This document shows, one piece after another, positions 23,787 to 33,320 of a stretch of DNA of 55,957 nt. The notes below the pieces were generated by a model, which was not told the origin of the DNA, did no database searches, and saw only the letters and a list, made by a program, of their open reading frames with translations. Every line of letters starts with the position of its first letter. Position 1 is the stretch's first letter. Source of the stretch: a bacterium (lineage in GTDB: Bacteria; Myxococcota_A; UBA9042); NCBI GenBank assembly GCA_030425545.1, contig JAUIAC010000005.1, positions 1 through 55,957 on the forward strand, in the 5' to 3' direction. Position numbers and translations under genes: made by a program.

Positions 23787-25099
23787 GGCGTGCGTGGGGC
23801 GAGGCGGTGCCGAAGGGTCAGCGCGACCTGGAAGATGTCGCCGGAGAGCGCGGTGGTGCCGACAGGATGCGAGGCATCGGCGCGGACCACGCGGCGAGGC
23901 ACAAGGTGCGACCACGTCACCGCGAAGTCCACCTCCAGACGGCCCGTGGCCCGCCACGTGGTCCCGACGGCCAGCTCGACGGCGTGCGAGTCGAGCCAGG
24001 ACGCCTGTCCGTCGGCGCGGGGCAGCGGCGTCGGACGGAAGCCGACGCTCCCGCGCAGGTCCACGTCGGGGAGCGCGCGCCACTGCGCGCCGAGCTGGGG
24101 CACCGCGACGTCTGCGGCGCCCACAGGCAGGGAGCTGCTCGACACCGCCAGCGCGTCGGCGACCGCCATGCGCACAGCAGGCGCCAGCGAGGGCATGGCC
24201 GACCAGCGCTCCCAGCGGAGCGAGGCGACGAGGTCCAACCGGCGGTGCGCACGCCAGGCGCTCGCCAGCGTCCAGACCTGCGGCGAGAGCAGGCCCTGCC
24301 CCGAGACGCGAATGCGCGCCTCGGTGACGCCGTCCACGGCGACGGTGAGCGGCACGTCGAAGCCGACGCGGTAGGCCCCCCGGAAGCGGAGCAGCACCCG
24401 CCAACGATCCGCGGGGCGCCACGCGAGGGCGGCCCCTGGCACCAGGCGACTGTTGAGCGCGATGTCGAGCTCCTGGTGCGTCACGTCAGCCCGGCCGAGA
24501 TCCAGGGCGAAGGCGCCGGTGGCGTCGAGGTCGGCCGCGACGTGGGCCGTGAGCCCGAGGCGCAGGCTTGGCAGCGCGCGCCAGCCGACCCCCGCGCTGA
24601 TCGCGAGGCGCTCGCCGAGGCCTTGCCAGAGCGGCAGCTGCGGACGCCGAGCGTCGTAGGCGAGCAACCGCGACGGGCCCGTGAGCGGGAGGTGGACCAG
24701 CAGCCCAGCGCCCAGGGTGGACGTGAGCGGCAAGGCCACCGCGGCGGTGGCCAGCGTGCGGTTCGGAGGCGAGACCGCGGGCAGGTCTGTATGACCGCGC
24801 TCCTGCGTGAGGTCCACCGCGTAGCGCCGGTAGCCCACGCTCAGCAGGGCGCTGGCGGCGTCGATGCCCCCGAGCGCGGCGGCGTTGTCGTAGACCGCCT
24901 CCGGACCGGCGCTCAACGCCGCAGCGGCCCCGAGCGTGCCGCGCCCGCGGGCGCCGGTGCCGCCACGCTCCAGGGTGGAGGCGGCGGTCGGGGTCGCCGG
25001 CAGCACGCTCGCGGCGAGCGCGAGCAGCGCCGCGGCCGCGGCGGTCCGGACGCGGGCCCGAGCGGGCCGGCGACGGAGGGCAGTCCTCGTCGAGCTCAA
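23783..25099 (-). CDS. FadL/OmpP1-like outer-membrane transporter
   Basis: Signal peptide, N-terminal G.GAR...LG.A...AVYDNAAALG hatch-like motif and amphipathic beta-strands. TTG start overlaps the deacetylase stop. Confidence 0.65.
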   Translation of the reverse strand: MSSTRTALRRRPARARVRTAAAAALLALAASVLPATPTAASTLERGGTGARGRGTLGAAAALSAGPEAVYDNAAALGGIDAASALLSVGYRRYAVDLTQERGHTDLPAVSPPNRTLATAAVALPLTSTLGAGLLVHLPLTGPSRLLAYDARRPQLPLWQGLGERLAISAGVGWRALPSLRLGLTAHVAADLDATGAFALDLGRADVTHQELDIALNSRLVPGAALAWRPADRWRVLLRFRGAYRVGFDVPLTVAVDGVTEARIRVSGQGLLSPQVWTLASAWRAHRRLDLVASLRWERWSAMPSLAPAVRMAVADALAVSSSSLPVGAADVAVPQLGAQWRALPDVDLRGSVGFRPTPLPRADGQASWLDSHAVELAVGTTWRATGRLEVDFAVTWSHLVPRRVVRADASHPVGTTALSGDIFQVALTLRHRLAPRTP

Positions 25100-26076
25100 G
25101 CGGCGTCGGCCAGGAAGGCGGGTGGATCCTTGAGTCCGCCGCGGGCCACGTCGCCCACGCTGGCGAACGCGTGGCGGGAGAAGAGCGCGCCCAGCTTGTC
25201 GAGCACCGTGTCGAGCCCGACGTAATACTTGAAGCGCCGCCACGGCGGCAGCTGCATCCGAGGCTGCGCCGGGTCCACCTCGCGGGGGTGCACGTAGGTG
25301 ATCACCGGGCGCTCCGCCTGCTCCGACAGGGCGAAGAGGCGCAGCAGGGCCGCCTCCGGCAGCAGGCGCAGGTAGCCCCCGCCGGACCAGGGCAGCGCCC
25401 CGCGCGGCAGCTGCAGCGGCACCACCGGCGCCTCGAGCAGCGTCCGCCCGTCGGGCAGCACCAGCTCAAAGGGCCGCAGGCGCTGCAGCGGGTGGCCACC
25501 GTGGGCGCGCTGCGCGAGGAAGAGCGACGAGTCGACGGTGATGCCCCGGTCGACCAGCAGCGGAAAGGCCCAGTGCTCGGCAGGGCCGATGGAGAACCCG
25601 GGCGCGCGAAAGGTGGTGACCGCCGCGCCGCTCGCGCGCGTGATCGCCTCGAGCGACAGGTCCAGATCCCGCGCGAAGTCGTCCCGCGAGCTCTGCCACA
25701 CCAGGCCGTGGTGGTGGCTGTGGCTGCCGAGCTCATGCCCGCGCCGCGCGATCTCGCGCACGAGGTCGGGGTGCCGCTCGGCCACCCACCCCAACACATA
25801 GAAGGTCGCCTGATGTCCGTGCTGGTCGAGCAGGTCCAGCAGTCGCTCCGTCGCCCGCTCGACCCGAGACTCCTGCTGCGCCCACGACGCGACGTCGGGC
25901 GCCCCCTCGCAGTCCAGGATGTGAAACCAGTCCTCGACGTCGACGGAGAAGGCGTGCACCACAGGCGCCCGCGTCGCCGCACGCTCCCCCCACCCGAGCC
26001 CAGAGCTCCGCCGGTCGCTCCGGTGGGCGTCACGGGGGGGCGGGTCGGAGTGGGTTGGCTTCGGGATCGCGCTCAT
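25096..26076 (-). CDS. Polysaccharide deacetylase (CE4; PEP-CTERM-locus/DUF3473 type)
   Basis: FSVDVEDWFH, ATFYVLGWVAE, HELGSHSHHH, FRAPGFSI, GGGYLRLLP, YVHPREVDP.QPR, FKYYVGL. Confidence 0.92.
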   Translation of the reverse strand: MSAIPKPTHSDPPPRDAHRSDRRSSGLGWGERAATRAPVVHAFSVDVEDWFHILDCEGAPDVASWAQQESRVERATERLLDLLDQHGHQATFYVLGWVAERHPDLVREIARRGHELGSHSHHHGLVWQSSRDDFARDLDLSLEAITRASGAAVTTFRAPGFSIGPAEHWAFPLLVDRGITVDSSLFLAQRAHGGHPLQRLRPFELVLPDGRTLLEAPVVPLQLPRGALPWSGGGYLRLLPEAALLRLFALSEQAERPVITYVHPREVDPAQPRMQLPPWRRFKYYVGLDTVLDKLGALFSRHAFASVGDVARGGLKDPPAFLADAA

Positions 26077-26124
26077 GGCCGCAGTGTTCAGCGCGACCGG
26101 CCTCGGCGCAAGCCGCAGCGCGCG

Positions 26125-27594
26125 CTAGAGCCCGTCCTCACGCAGGTCCGACCACTGGACGCGCATGGTCTCCTTGACCTCCTTGTTGCCGCGCAGGGGC
26201 ATGCGCAGCTCGACGACCAGCCCGCCGCCGTCGCGTGGCCGGGCCAGCACGTCGCCGCCGTGGGCGCGCAGGATGTTGCGGGTCAGGTACATGCCCAGCC
26301 CGGTGCCGCCCGTGGCCGTGCTGCGGGAGCGGTCCCCGCGGAAGAAGGGCTCGAACACGCGCGCGCACTGCTCCTCGTCCAAGCCCGGGCCGCGGTCCAT
26401 GAAGCGCAGGGTCACGCTCGCCTCGCCGACCTCGGTCTCGATGCGCAGCGAGGGCGCCCAGACAGCGCCCTGCGCCGCGCGCCCCGCCGCAGCTGGCTCA
26501 GCCGCCGCCGGCTCAGCCGCCGTCGGCTCAGCCGCCGTTGCCGACGCCTCGGGGTCGGCCGCCGCCCGCGACGCGTCGGGCTCGGCCGCCTCGCCTTCCG
26601 GAGCGGGGGCCGGCTTGGCGGGCCCAGCCTCGTCTCTCGGCTCGGACGCCTGCGCTTCCCCGGTCAACTCCGCCGCCGACTCCACCGCCGACTCCGCTGG
26701 CGGCTCCGCGGACGTCACAAGCTCGTCGGCCCCCGGCGCGTCCGCGCGGGTCTCAGCCGGCTCCGAGCCCTCGGGCACGGCCGCGAACGAGCCGCTGTAC
26801 GCCGCCTCGGGCCCAGGCTGCGCCGCGTGTCGGATGGCGTTCTCGATCAGCGTGGAGAACACCCGGTCGAGCGCGTTGTCGTCGCCGTTGACCTCGGCCT
26901 CACCGGCGCCGAGGGCCACGTCCAGACGCCAGCCGAGCTTGGCCATGCGCAGTCGCTCGCGGTCGATGACCCGCCCCAGGAGCGTGTCGACCTGGAGCGG
27001 TCGCCGGGTGAGCACCACCCGGTCGCGGCTGACCCGCTGGGCCTCCAAGAGCCTGGAGATGTGCCGCTCGAGCAGCGCCACCTCCTCGCGGATGCCGATC
27101 ACCAGCTCGTGTTCGTCCTCGCACTCGAGCTCCATGTTGATCAGCTCGAGCGACACCTCGATGCGCGCCAGCGGCGAGCGCAGCTCGTGACTCACGCCCG
27201 ACAGCAGCTCTCGCTGCGCCGTCAGCAGCCGGGCGATGCGCTCGCGCATGGTGTTGAGCGAACCGCCGAGCGCCCCCAGGTCGTCTTCGGCCTCGGGCAC
27301 CGCCACCGACAGGTCACCGCCACCGAGCTCGTGGGCTGCGTCGCGCATCTCCACCAGGCGCATGTGCAGCCGCTGCCGGGCCAGGGTGACCAGCACGTAG
27401 TAGGCGATCACCGCCGCGGCGGCGAGCAGCAACAGGCCGATGATCAAGGCGTTGAAGCCGCCCAGCCCCCCGTAGAGCCGGGCCACGAGCGCGCCCGCGC
27501 CCACCACCGCGCCCACGCCAACCACACACGCGGCGATGGCGAGCAGGTCGAAGTGGGCCAGCAAGCGGTCCAACGCGGATTGGGGCGCCGCCAT
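26125..27594 (-). CDS. Sensor histidine kinase (2 TM, HAMP, HisKA, HATPase_c) with a large low-complexity insert
   Basis: H-box VSHELRSPLARI, N-box LIENAIRH, G1 DRGPG, F-box FEPFFRG, G2 GGTGLGM. Confidence 0.93.
   Translation of the reverse strand: MAAPQSALDRLLAHFDLLAIAACVVGVGAVVGAGALVARLYGGLGGFNALIIGLLLLAAAAVIAYYVLVTLARQRLHMRLVEMRDAAHELGGGDLSVAVPEAEDDLGALGGSLNTMRERIARLLTAQRELLSGVSHELRSPLARIEVSLELINMELECEDEHELVIGIREEVALLERHISRLLEAQRVSRDRVVLTRRPLQVDTLLGRVIDRERLRMAKLGWRLDVALGAGEAEVNGDDNALDRVFSTLIENAIRHAAQPGPEAAYSGSFAAVPEGSEPAETRADAPGADELVTSAEPPAESAVESAAELTGEAQASEPRDEAGPAKPAPAPEGEAAEPDASRAAADPEASATAAEPTAAEPAAAEPAAAGRAAQGAVWAPSLRIETEVGEASVTLRFMDRGPGLDEEQCARVFEPFFRGDRSRSTATGGTGLGMYLTRNILRAHGGDVLARPRDGGGLVVELRMPLRGNKEVKETMRVQWSDLREDGL
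26495..26539. repeat. 3 x 15-bp coding tandem repeat (ggctcagccgccgyy; AEPxA)
   Basis: Units start at 26495, 26510 and 26525, inside the kinase insert. Confidence 0.85.
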
Positions 27595-27600
27595 GGGTGA

Positions 27601-28290
27601 TCAGGCGTCGGCGGCGAGCATGTAGCCCGTGCCCCAGACGGTCTTGATCCGCTGCGGGCTCCTCGGGTTCTCCTCGATCTTGGCGCGCAGGTTCTTCACG
27701 TGCACGTCGATGGAGCGGTCGTAGGCGGCGTAGCCCACGCCCCGTAGCATGTCCATCAGCGCGTCGCGGGAGAGCACCTTGCCCGGGTAGCGCATGAAGC
27801 AGCGCAGCAGGTCGAACTCCGTGGTGGTCAGGTGCACCGGCTCACCGTCGACCGACACCTCGCGCTTGCCCGGGTCCATGGCGAGGCCGTTGCAGCGGAT
27901 CACCGCGTCACGGCCCCCCGACGACTTGCCCTCGGCCCGCCGCAGCACGGCCTTGACGCGCGCCACCAGCTCACGGGGGTTGAAGGGCTTCGGCAGGTAG
28001 TCGTCAGCGCCCAGCTCGAGCCCGACGATGCGGTCGTTGTCGGTGCCCTTCGCCGTGAGCATGATCACCGGCACCTCGCTGCTCGCGCGGATGCGACGCA
28101 GCACCTCGAAGCCCTCGAGGCCGGGCAGCATCACGTCGAGGATGATCAGATCGAAGACCTCACCGGTCGCCCGGCGCACGCCCTGGAGCCCGTCCGTCAC
28201 CAGCTCCACCTGCATGCCCTCTGGCTTGAGCAGCCGCTCCAGCAGCTGACCCAAGCGAACGTCGTCGTCTACCAAGAGCACGCGAGCCAT
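27601..28290 (-). CDS. OmpR/PhoB-family response regulator
   Basis: LLVDDD, LDVMLPG, MLTAKG, GADDYLPKPF, LTTTEFDLL, DRSIDVHV, IKTVWGTGY. AAGGAG RBS before ATG 28290. Confidence 0.95.
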   Translation of the reverse strand: MARVLLVDDDVRLGQLLERLLKPEGMQVELVTDGLQGVRRATGEVFDLIILDVMLPGLEGFEVLRRIRASSEVPVIMLTAKGTDNDRIVGLELGADDYLPKPFNPRELVARVKAVLRRAEGKSSGGRDAVIRCNGLAMDPGKREVSVDGEPVHLTTTEFDLLRCFMRYPGKVLSRDALMDMLRGVGYAAYDRSIDVHVKNLRAKIEENPRSPQRIKTVWGTGYMLAADA

Positions 28291-28487
28291 CCAACACTCC
28301 TTGTCTGCTGCGGACTTGCCGAGTGAGGGCTCGCCCAGGCTGAGACTCCCATGACACCGCGCCGAGCACCTCGGTCGCAAGGCGCCGGCCGGGGCACACA
28401 TGGAAATTCACAAGGCTCGACGCTAGGAGCAAGCCAGGATCAGCGCTCACCCGAAGGACACCTGCGCGCCTGCGCGCGGCGCTCACG

Positions 28488-29423
28488 TCACAGCGCGGCT
28501 GGCTCCCGCCTGCGGTCGCGCTGCTTGAGCTTCAGACCGACCGGCGTGTCCTTGCGCTTGGCCGGGACGGAGACGCGGTCGATGCGCGCGAGCCCCCGCA
28601 CCGCCATGGGGCCGTCCACGGCCACGGTCTGGTAGCTGATCTGGTGGCCGAGGTTCCACGTCCCGAAGTCGATGGTCACCAGCTCCGCGAGCCGCTCGGC
28701 CTGCGCCTTGTCGACCCCCTTGTCCCTGAACGCCGCGCGCAGCGTCTGCACCTCGTCGTGCACGGCCATGGCGTGGGCGTCGTCTTTCAGCTCCAGCGGC
28801 CGCACCCGCTCGCTCGTCTCGTCCTTGAGCTTGGCGCGGCGCTGGGCGTACCCGGCCCCCCAGGCCAGCAGCAGCTGGTCCTTGCCGGAGGACTTGTTGG
28901 CCTCCGCCACCAGCGCGTCCACCGACTTCAAGTCACAGAGCAGCCCCAGGGTCACGAGGGCGCGGTGCCGCAGGTAGGCGTTCTCCGACCGCGCCAGGGG
29001 CCAGACCTTCTCCATCAGCTCCGGCCGCTTGGTGCGCGCGATGCCAGCCAGCGCAGAGATGCGGATCCCCAGGTTGTCGTCGCCCAACGCCTTCACCAGG
29101 GCCGGCACCACTCGCGGGTCGTCGATGGCGCTGAGGATCTCGAGGCTCTTCGACCGCGTCGCCGCCGGCTTGTCACCCGAGAGGTCAGCCAGGAGCGTGC
29201 CGACCGCCTTGCCGCCCAGCCGCGCGATCTGCGTCGTCGCCTGGCCAGGGTGCCCCAGCGGGTCCTTGTGCCGATGCGAGAGCATGCGCGGCAGCACCAC
29301 GTACTCCTCGTGGATGAGCACCGTGACGTAGATCACGCCGCCCAACACCAGCAGGCCGAGCGCCACGACGCCCAGGCGCGCCCAGGCGCCCTTGTTGAAT
29401 GTCCTGTCGTTCAATGCGGGCAT
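28488..29423 (-). CDS. N-terminally anchored HEAT-repeat protein
   Basis: GGAGG RBS, one TM, then HEAT_2-like repeats (RSKSLEILSAIDDPRVVPALVKALGDDNLGIRISALAGI; LRHRALVTLG). Confidence 0.75.
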   Translation of the reverse strand: MPALNDRTFNKGAWARLGVVALGLLVLGGVIYVTVLIHEEYVVLPRMLSHRHKDPLGHPGQATTQIARLGGKAVGTLLADLSGDKPAATRSKSLEILSAIDDPRVVPALVKALGDDNLGIRISALAGIARTKRPELMEKVWPLARSENAYLRHRALVTLGLLCDLKSVDALVAEANKSSGKDQLLLAWGAGYAQRRAKLKDETSERVRPLELKDDAHAMAVHDEVQTLRAAFRDKGVDKAQAERLAELVTIDFGTWNLGHQISYQTVAVDGPMAVRGLARIDRVSVPAKRKDTPVGLKLKQRDRRREPAAL

Positions 29424-29540
29424 GCCGCCTCCAGCGAGGACGCGCGGGCGATGCGCCGCACGGATCTGCGTCTTGTACAGGGGTAGCACGCAGCGCAGCT
29501 GGCGCTAGCAGACTGCGCCCCCTCATAGGACGCACGAGCC

Positions 29541-32500
29541 CTACTGGCAGATCTCTTCGACCACCATGTCGTCGAGGAAGATGCCCTCGTACTTGTCGTT
29601 GCCGTTGGGGTCGCCGGAGTCGAACACCAGCTTGATCTGGATGTTCTTGTAGGCCTTGTAGGCCGAGAGATCGATGCTCTTGTCGACCACCTTCTTGTAG
29701 TCGGCCACGGGCATGTCCTTGAGGTTCGACTTCTCCCAGACCTTCTTCTGCTTGGGCGTGGGCGTGCCCGAGGTGTTCTCCACCCAGCTGACCCAGATCT
29801 CCAACGTCTCCCAGTTGGTCTCGACGTCGAGGTAGGCCTTAAACTTGAAGGCGGGCAGCTTCTTCGTGTCGGGGTCGAGGTCGAAGGGGTCGCTCAGCAG
29901 CTCGGAGGTGACCGACTTGTAGCACTTCTTCGCGCCCGCAGCGCCGACGCACTGCTCGCCAGACCCCGCCGTGCAGTCGGCCGTGGCCTTGCACACCTTG
30001 GCGCTGCCGTCGGCGTAGTTCCACGCCGCGCTGTTGCCGTAGTAGATCTCCTTCTTCCCGACCAGGTACTTGTGGTCGATGATCTGCCACTTCACGGTGC
30101 CGGTGAAGGGCTTGCCCGACCACTTGCTGAAGCTGCCGCCCTCGGCCGTCTCAGAGGGCAGCGCGACGCTGTTGGCGCAGCAGCCCTTGCCGGGCTTGAA
30201 CTCGGTCTGGCAGGCGAACGCGCCCTTGTCGTCCTTGCCGCACCAGTGCTTCTTGCACGCGTCCGGCGCCTTGGGAGCGCAGTCGGAGTCCGACACGCAC
30301 GCAGGCTTCGTGCACAGGGTCTCGACCTTGAGGTTGTCGATGAAGGCACCCTCGCCCTTGTTGTTGAGCCCGGTGCCGCAGTCGAAGACGAACTGCAGCC
30401 GCGCCTTCTTCCCGGCGAGCGCGGTCGGCACGGCCATGACCACGGCGACCCACTTGCCCTTGGTGGTGCCCTCGATGGCGTAGCTATCCCACACCGGAAT
30501 CACCGCCTTCTTGACGTCCTTCTCGGCCACGTCGACGACGTTGACGAAGAGCTGGTCGATGGCGAGCGGCGGCTTCGCGAAGGGGAAGTCGTCCCACTCC
30601 GTGCTGAGGAAGAGGTCGAAGCTGATCAAGGTCGTGCCGTTCTTCGGCACCTGGAACTCCGGCGCCGTGACCGTCCCGGCGGGCACGTCGGTGCCGGCGT
30701 TGATGGTGCCGTCCTTGCCGCCGAAGTAGAGCGCGTAGTTGCCGCTGCCCGGCTTGCTCTTGGTCGAGATCATCCAGCCCTTGTCGGTGGCGTAGGGCAG
30801 CCCGTTCTCGTTCTTGCCCTTGGGGACCTGCACCGCCCAGCCGCCGGGCATCTTGGAGCTGGTCTCGAAGTCCTGGCTGAAGGCCGCGTTGGCGCCGAGC
30901 TTGTCGGTGCAGCAGGTCGGCGAGGTGAGCGCATGGCTGCAGGTTCCGCTGCCGTCCTTGACCGTGCACTTGTCGTTGGTGCAGGTGTCGGCGTCGTCGC
31001 AGTCCTTGTCGTTCTCACAGCAGCCGGCGATGGGCGTGCACTCGCAGTCGCCCTGCACGCACGCAGGCGCGCCGCAGACGCCGCACTTGTCCACGCACAC
31101 CTGGTCTTGGTCCGTCGCGCAGAGCAGCTTCTTGCACGAGACGTCGAGCGTGACGTTGTCGATCCACGTGCCGCCGGTGGAGTTGGCGCCGCCGTCGCCC
31201 GCGTCGAAGGAGAAGCAGAACTTCACCTTCTTGCCCTGGTAGGCGTCGAGGTTGACCAGCACTGGCAGCCACTTGCCCTCGGTGGTGCCCTTGACGCTGT
31301 CGCTCGACCACGCCGGCTTGTACTGCCCGGCGTCGAAGATCTCGACGGCGAGGTGGTCGACCTTCGGCAGCCCCTTGCACTGCTCGGGGGTGAAGCTCGA
31401 GGGGCACGGCGGGTTCTTGTAGTTGGCGGCCGGCTTGCCCGACCACTCGGTCTGGAGCTTCAGGTCGAAGCTCAGCACGTCGTAGAGCGTGCCCTGCTCG
31501 AGCGTGACCTCGGGCGAGCAGATCTTGCCCTTGGGGCCCTTGCTCGAACCCAAGGTCGGGTCGTCGTAGCCCGAGAGCGTGCCCTTGCCGAAGAAGAGGC
31601 TCTTGCTGCCGCCGCCGGTGCCTTCCTTGTCGCTGACCAGCCAGGTCACCGTCTTGCTGTTGTTGCCCACGTGGCTCCAGGCTGCGGTGGAGCCCGACTC
31701 GAAGTTGTCCTTGTAGGTGTTCTTCGGCTGGCAGCACTGCACGTTGTTGGCGTCGGGCGCGTTCTCACACACCCCCTGCTTGCCGTCCTTCGGGATGATG
31801 CACTGGTCCACCGTGCAGTCGTTCAGGTCGTTGCAGTCACCGACGTTGATGCAGCAGCTCTTGGCCTTGTCGGAGAAGCAGAGCCCCTGGGTGCCGTCGT
31901 TGGCGTAGAGCGTGCACGTGTCGGCCGTGCACGGGTTCTTGTCGTCCGCGCAGGGCTGGCTCTTGCTGCACACCGTGCCCTCGGTGACACAGAGCGTCTC
32001 GATGACCACGTCGTCGATGTAGACACCCTCGAAGTTGTTCTTGTTGCCGTTGACCTTGAAGTTCCAGCGCAGCTTCAGCGCCGTCTCCTTGTCCTTCTTC
32101 TGGTAGGGGGCGAGGTTCACCGCGACGTGCAGCCAGCCGTCGGTGCTCTTGTCGACCGTCGTGCTGACCCACACCGGGTCGGGCGAGGGCGCGCCGGTCT
32201 CCACGAACACGCGCAGCACGTCGTTCTCCGGGATGCAGGCCGAGGTCGAGCCGTCCACCTTCACGCAGGACGTAGCCTCGGGGCAGCCGTTGGGGCAGTT
32301 GCCCTCGGCCGGGTACTTGTCCTCCGCCTTGATCCACACCCAGAAGTGGGCGATGGCCGGCTTGTTCTTCGGCAGGGTCACCTCCTGCGAGAGCAGGTTC
32401 GCCTCGAAGGCCGCAGGCGCCGCGCCGGTCTTGCACCCGCTGGCCGCGACCATGGACGTGTCGTAGGTGTTGCACTCGTTGCCCAGGTACAGGCTGCTCT

Positions 32501-33119
32501 TGCCGGAGCGCGCCTGGTTGCTGGAGAGCCCCCACTTCACGTTGTAGCTGCCGGAGGGCGTGAGCGAGCCCTTGAATCCCTCGAGCGACTTCTGCTCGAA
32601 GCGTGCGTTGAGCAGGCTCACCTTGCCAGCGCAGCAGTTCTTGATCGGCGTGAGCACGCACTTGTTGCTGACGATGTCGCACTTGTCGGTGGTGCACTCC
32701 GAGCCGTCGTCGCAGTCGCCGTCGTTGGCGCAGAAGCCGGCCTTGGTGACCTTCTTGCACGTGCCGTCGTCGCACACGGCCGTCTGGAAGCCGAGCAGCT
32801 CGTCCTTCAGCAGCGTCAGGCAGTACTGCGTGCTGGTACAGAGGTCGGTCAGCCCTGTGTCCTGCGTGCCACCGGAGTCGGTCTGCGTCGGGGTCGTGTC
32901 CGCACCGACGTCGTCCGTGACGTCGGTGACGTCGGGGGTGTCGGTTACGTCGGGGGTGTCGGAGCCGTCCTCCGTGGTGCCAGAGGTGTCTCCAGCGCCG
33001 GTGTCGGTCGGCTGCGCGCCCGCGTCGGCGGGATCATCGTCGTTGCCGCAAGCCGCCAGGGCCAAAGTCGCAAGGAGGGCGCTCAGGGCCAGCCCCGACC
33101 GTGGGTGGATCCGCTTCAT
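29541..33119 (-). CDS. Cys-rich surface lipoprotein A: 4 MAM/cleaved-adhesin-like beta-sandwich domains separated by CC..DCDD...CT.D.C modules
   Basis: Lipobox ALAA-C and a Thr/Asp linker. Four copies of FE...W...LY(F/L)G...L.S...TE...D.L.V...W...V.L..Y.GK...F.FD.GD..N...G.(Y/W/F)(I/L)D. Confidence 0.8.
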   Translation of the reverse strand: MKRIHPRSGLALSALLATLALAACGNDDDPADAGAQPTDTGAGDTSGTTEDGSDTPDVTDTPDVTDVTDDVGADTTPTQTDSGGTQDTGLTDLCTSTQYCLTLLKDELLGFQTAVCDDGTCKKVTKAGFCANDGDCDDGSECTTDKCDIVSNKCVLTPIKNCCAGKVSLLNARFEQKSLEGFKGSLTPSGSYNVKWGLSSNQARSGKSSLYLGNECNTYDTSMVAASGCKTGAAPAAFEANLLSQEVTLPKNKPAIAHFWVWIKAEDKYPAEGNCPNGCPEATSCVKVDGSTSACIPENDVLRVFVETGAPSPDPVWVSTTVDKSTDGWLHVAVNLAPYQKKDKETALKLRWNFKVNGNKNNFEGVYIDDVVIETLCVTEGTVCSKSQPCADDKNPCTADTCTLYANDGTQGLCFSDKAKSCCINVGDCNDLNDCTVDQCIIPKDGKQGVCENAPDANNVQCCQPKNTYKDNFESGSTAAWSHVGNNSKTVTWLVSDKEGTGGGSKSLFFGKGTLSGYDDPTLGSSKGPKGKICSPEVTLEQGTLYDVLSFDLKLQTEWSGKPAANYKNPPCPSSFTPEQCKGLPKVDHLAVEIFDAGQYKPAWSSDSVKGTTEGKWLPVLVNLDAYQGKKVKFCFSFDAGDGGANSTGGTWIDNVTLDVSCKKLLCATDQDQVCVDKCGVCGAPACVQGDCECTPIAGCCENDKDCDDADTCTNDKCTVKDGSGTCSHALTSPTCCTDKLGANAAFSQDFETSSKMPGGWAVQVPKGKNENGLPYATDKGWMISTKSKPGSGNYALYFGGKDGTINAGTDVPAGTVTAPEFQVPKNGTTLISFDLFLSTEWDDFPFAKPPLAIDQLFVNVVDVAEKDVKKAVIPVWDSYAIEGTTKGKWVAVVMAVPTALAGKKARLQFVFDCGTGLNNKGEGAFIDNLKVETLCTKPACVSDSDCAPKAPDACKKHWCGKDDKGAFACQTEFKPGKGCCANSVALPSETAEGGSFSKWSGKPFTGTVKWQIIDHKYLVGKKEIYYGNSAAWNYADGSAKVCKATADCTAGSGEQCVGAAGAKKCYKSVTSELLSDPFDLDPDTKKLPAFKFKAYLDVETNWETLEIWVSWVENTSGTPTPKQKKVWEKSNLKDMPVADYKKVVDKSIDLSAYKAYKNIQIKLVFDSGDPNGNDKYEGIFLDDMVVEEICQ

Positions 33120-33199
33120 CGTCTGTCCTGTGGGCGTCGGCGGGGGGTGCCGGGCTGCGCCGGCACCACGCTCGCGCGAGAAGGTCTTCCTACCGCTGC

Positions 33200-33228
33200 A
33201 GTCTACCGGCGCACCGGAGGGTGCGCAA
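33200..33228 (-). promoter_or_regulatory. Putative sigma70 promoter TTGCGC-N17-TAGACT with overlapping 7-bp inverted repeat
   Basis: -35 at 33228-33223, -10 at 33205-33200, gcgcacc-ggag-ggtgcgc at 33209-33226. Confidence 0.55.
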
Positions 33229-33320
33229 ACATCCGGGGCCGCGTCCCCGCCCGTGACACGGGGTCGGGCGAGGCGTCGTCGTCGTCCCGTCGCAGCGCTG
33301 CGAGCGCGCGCTCCAAGGGC

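Noticed and set aside
26450-26826. Kinase insert as an intein or mobile element
   Set aside because: No Cys/Ser start, His-Asn end, endonuclease motifs or terminal repeats; simple low-complexity sequence.
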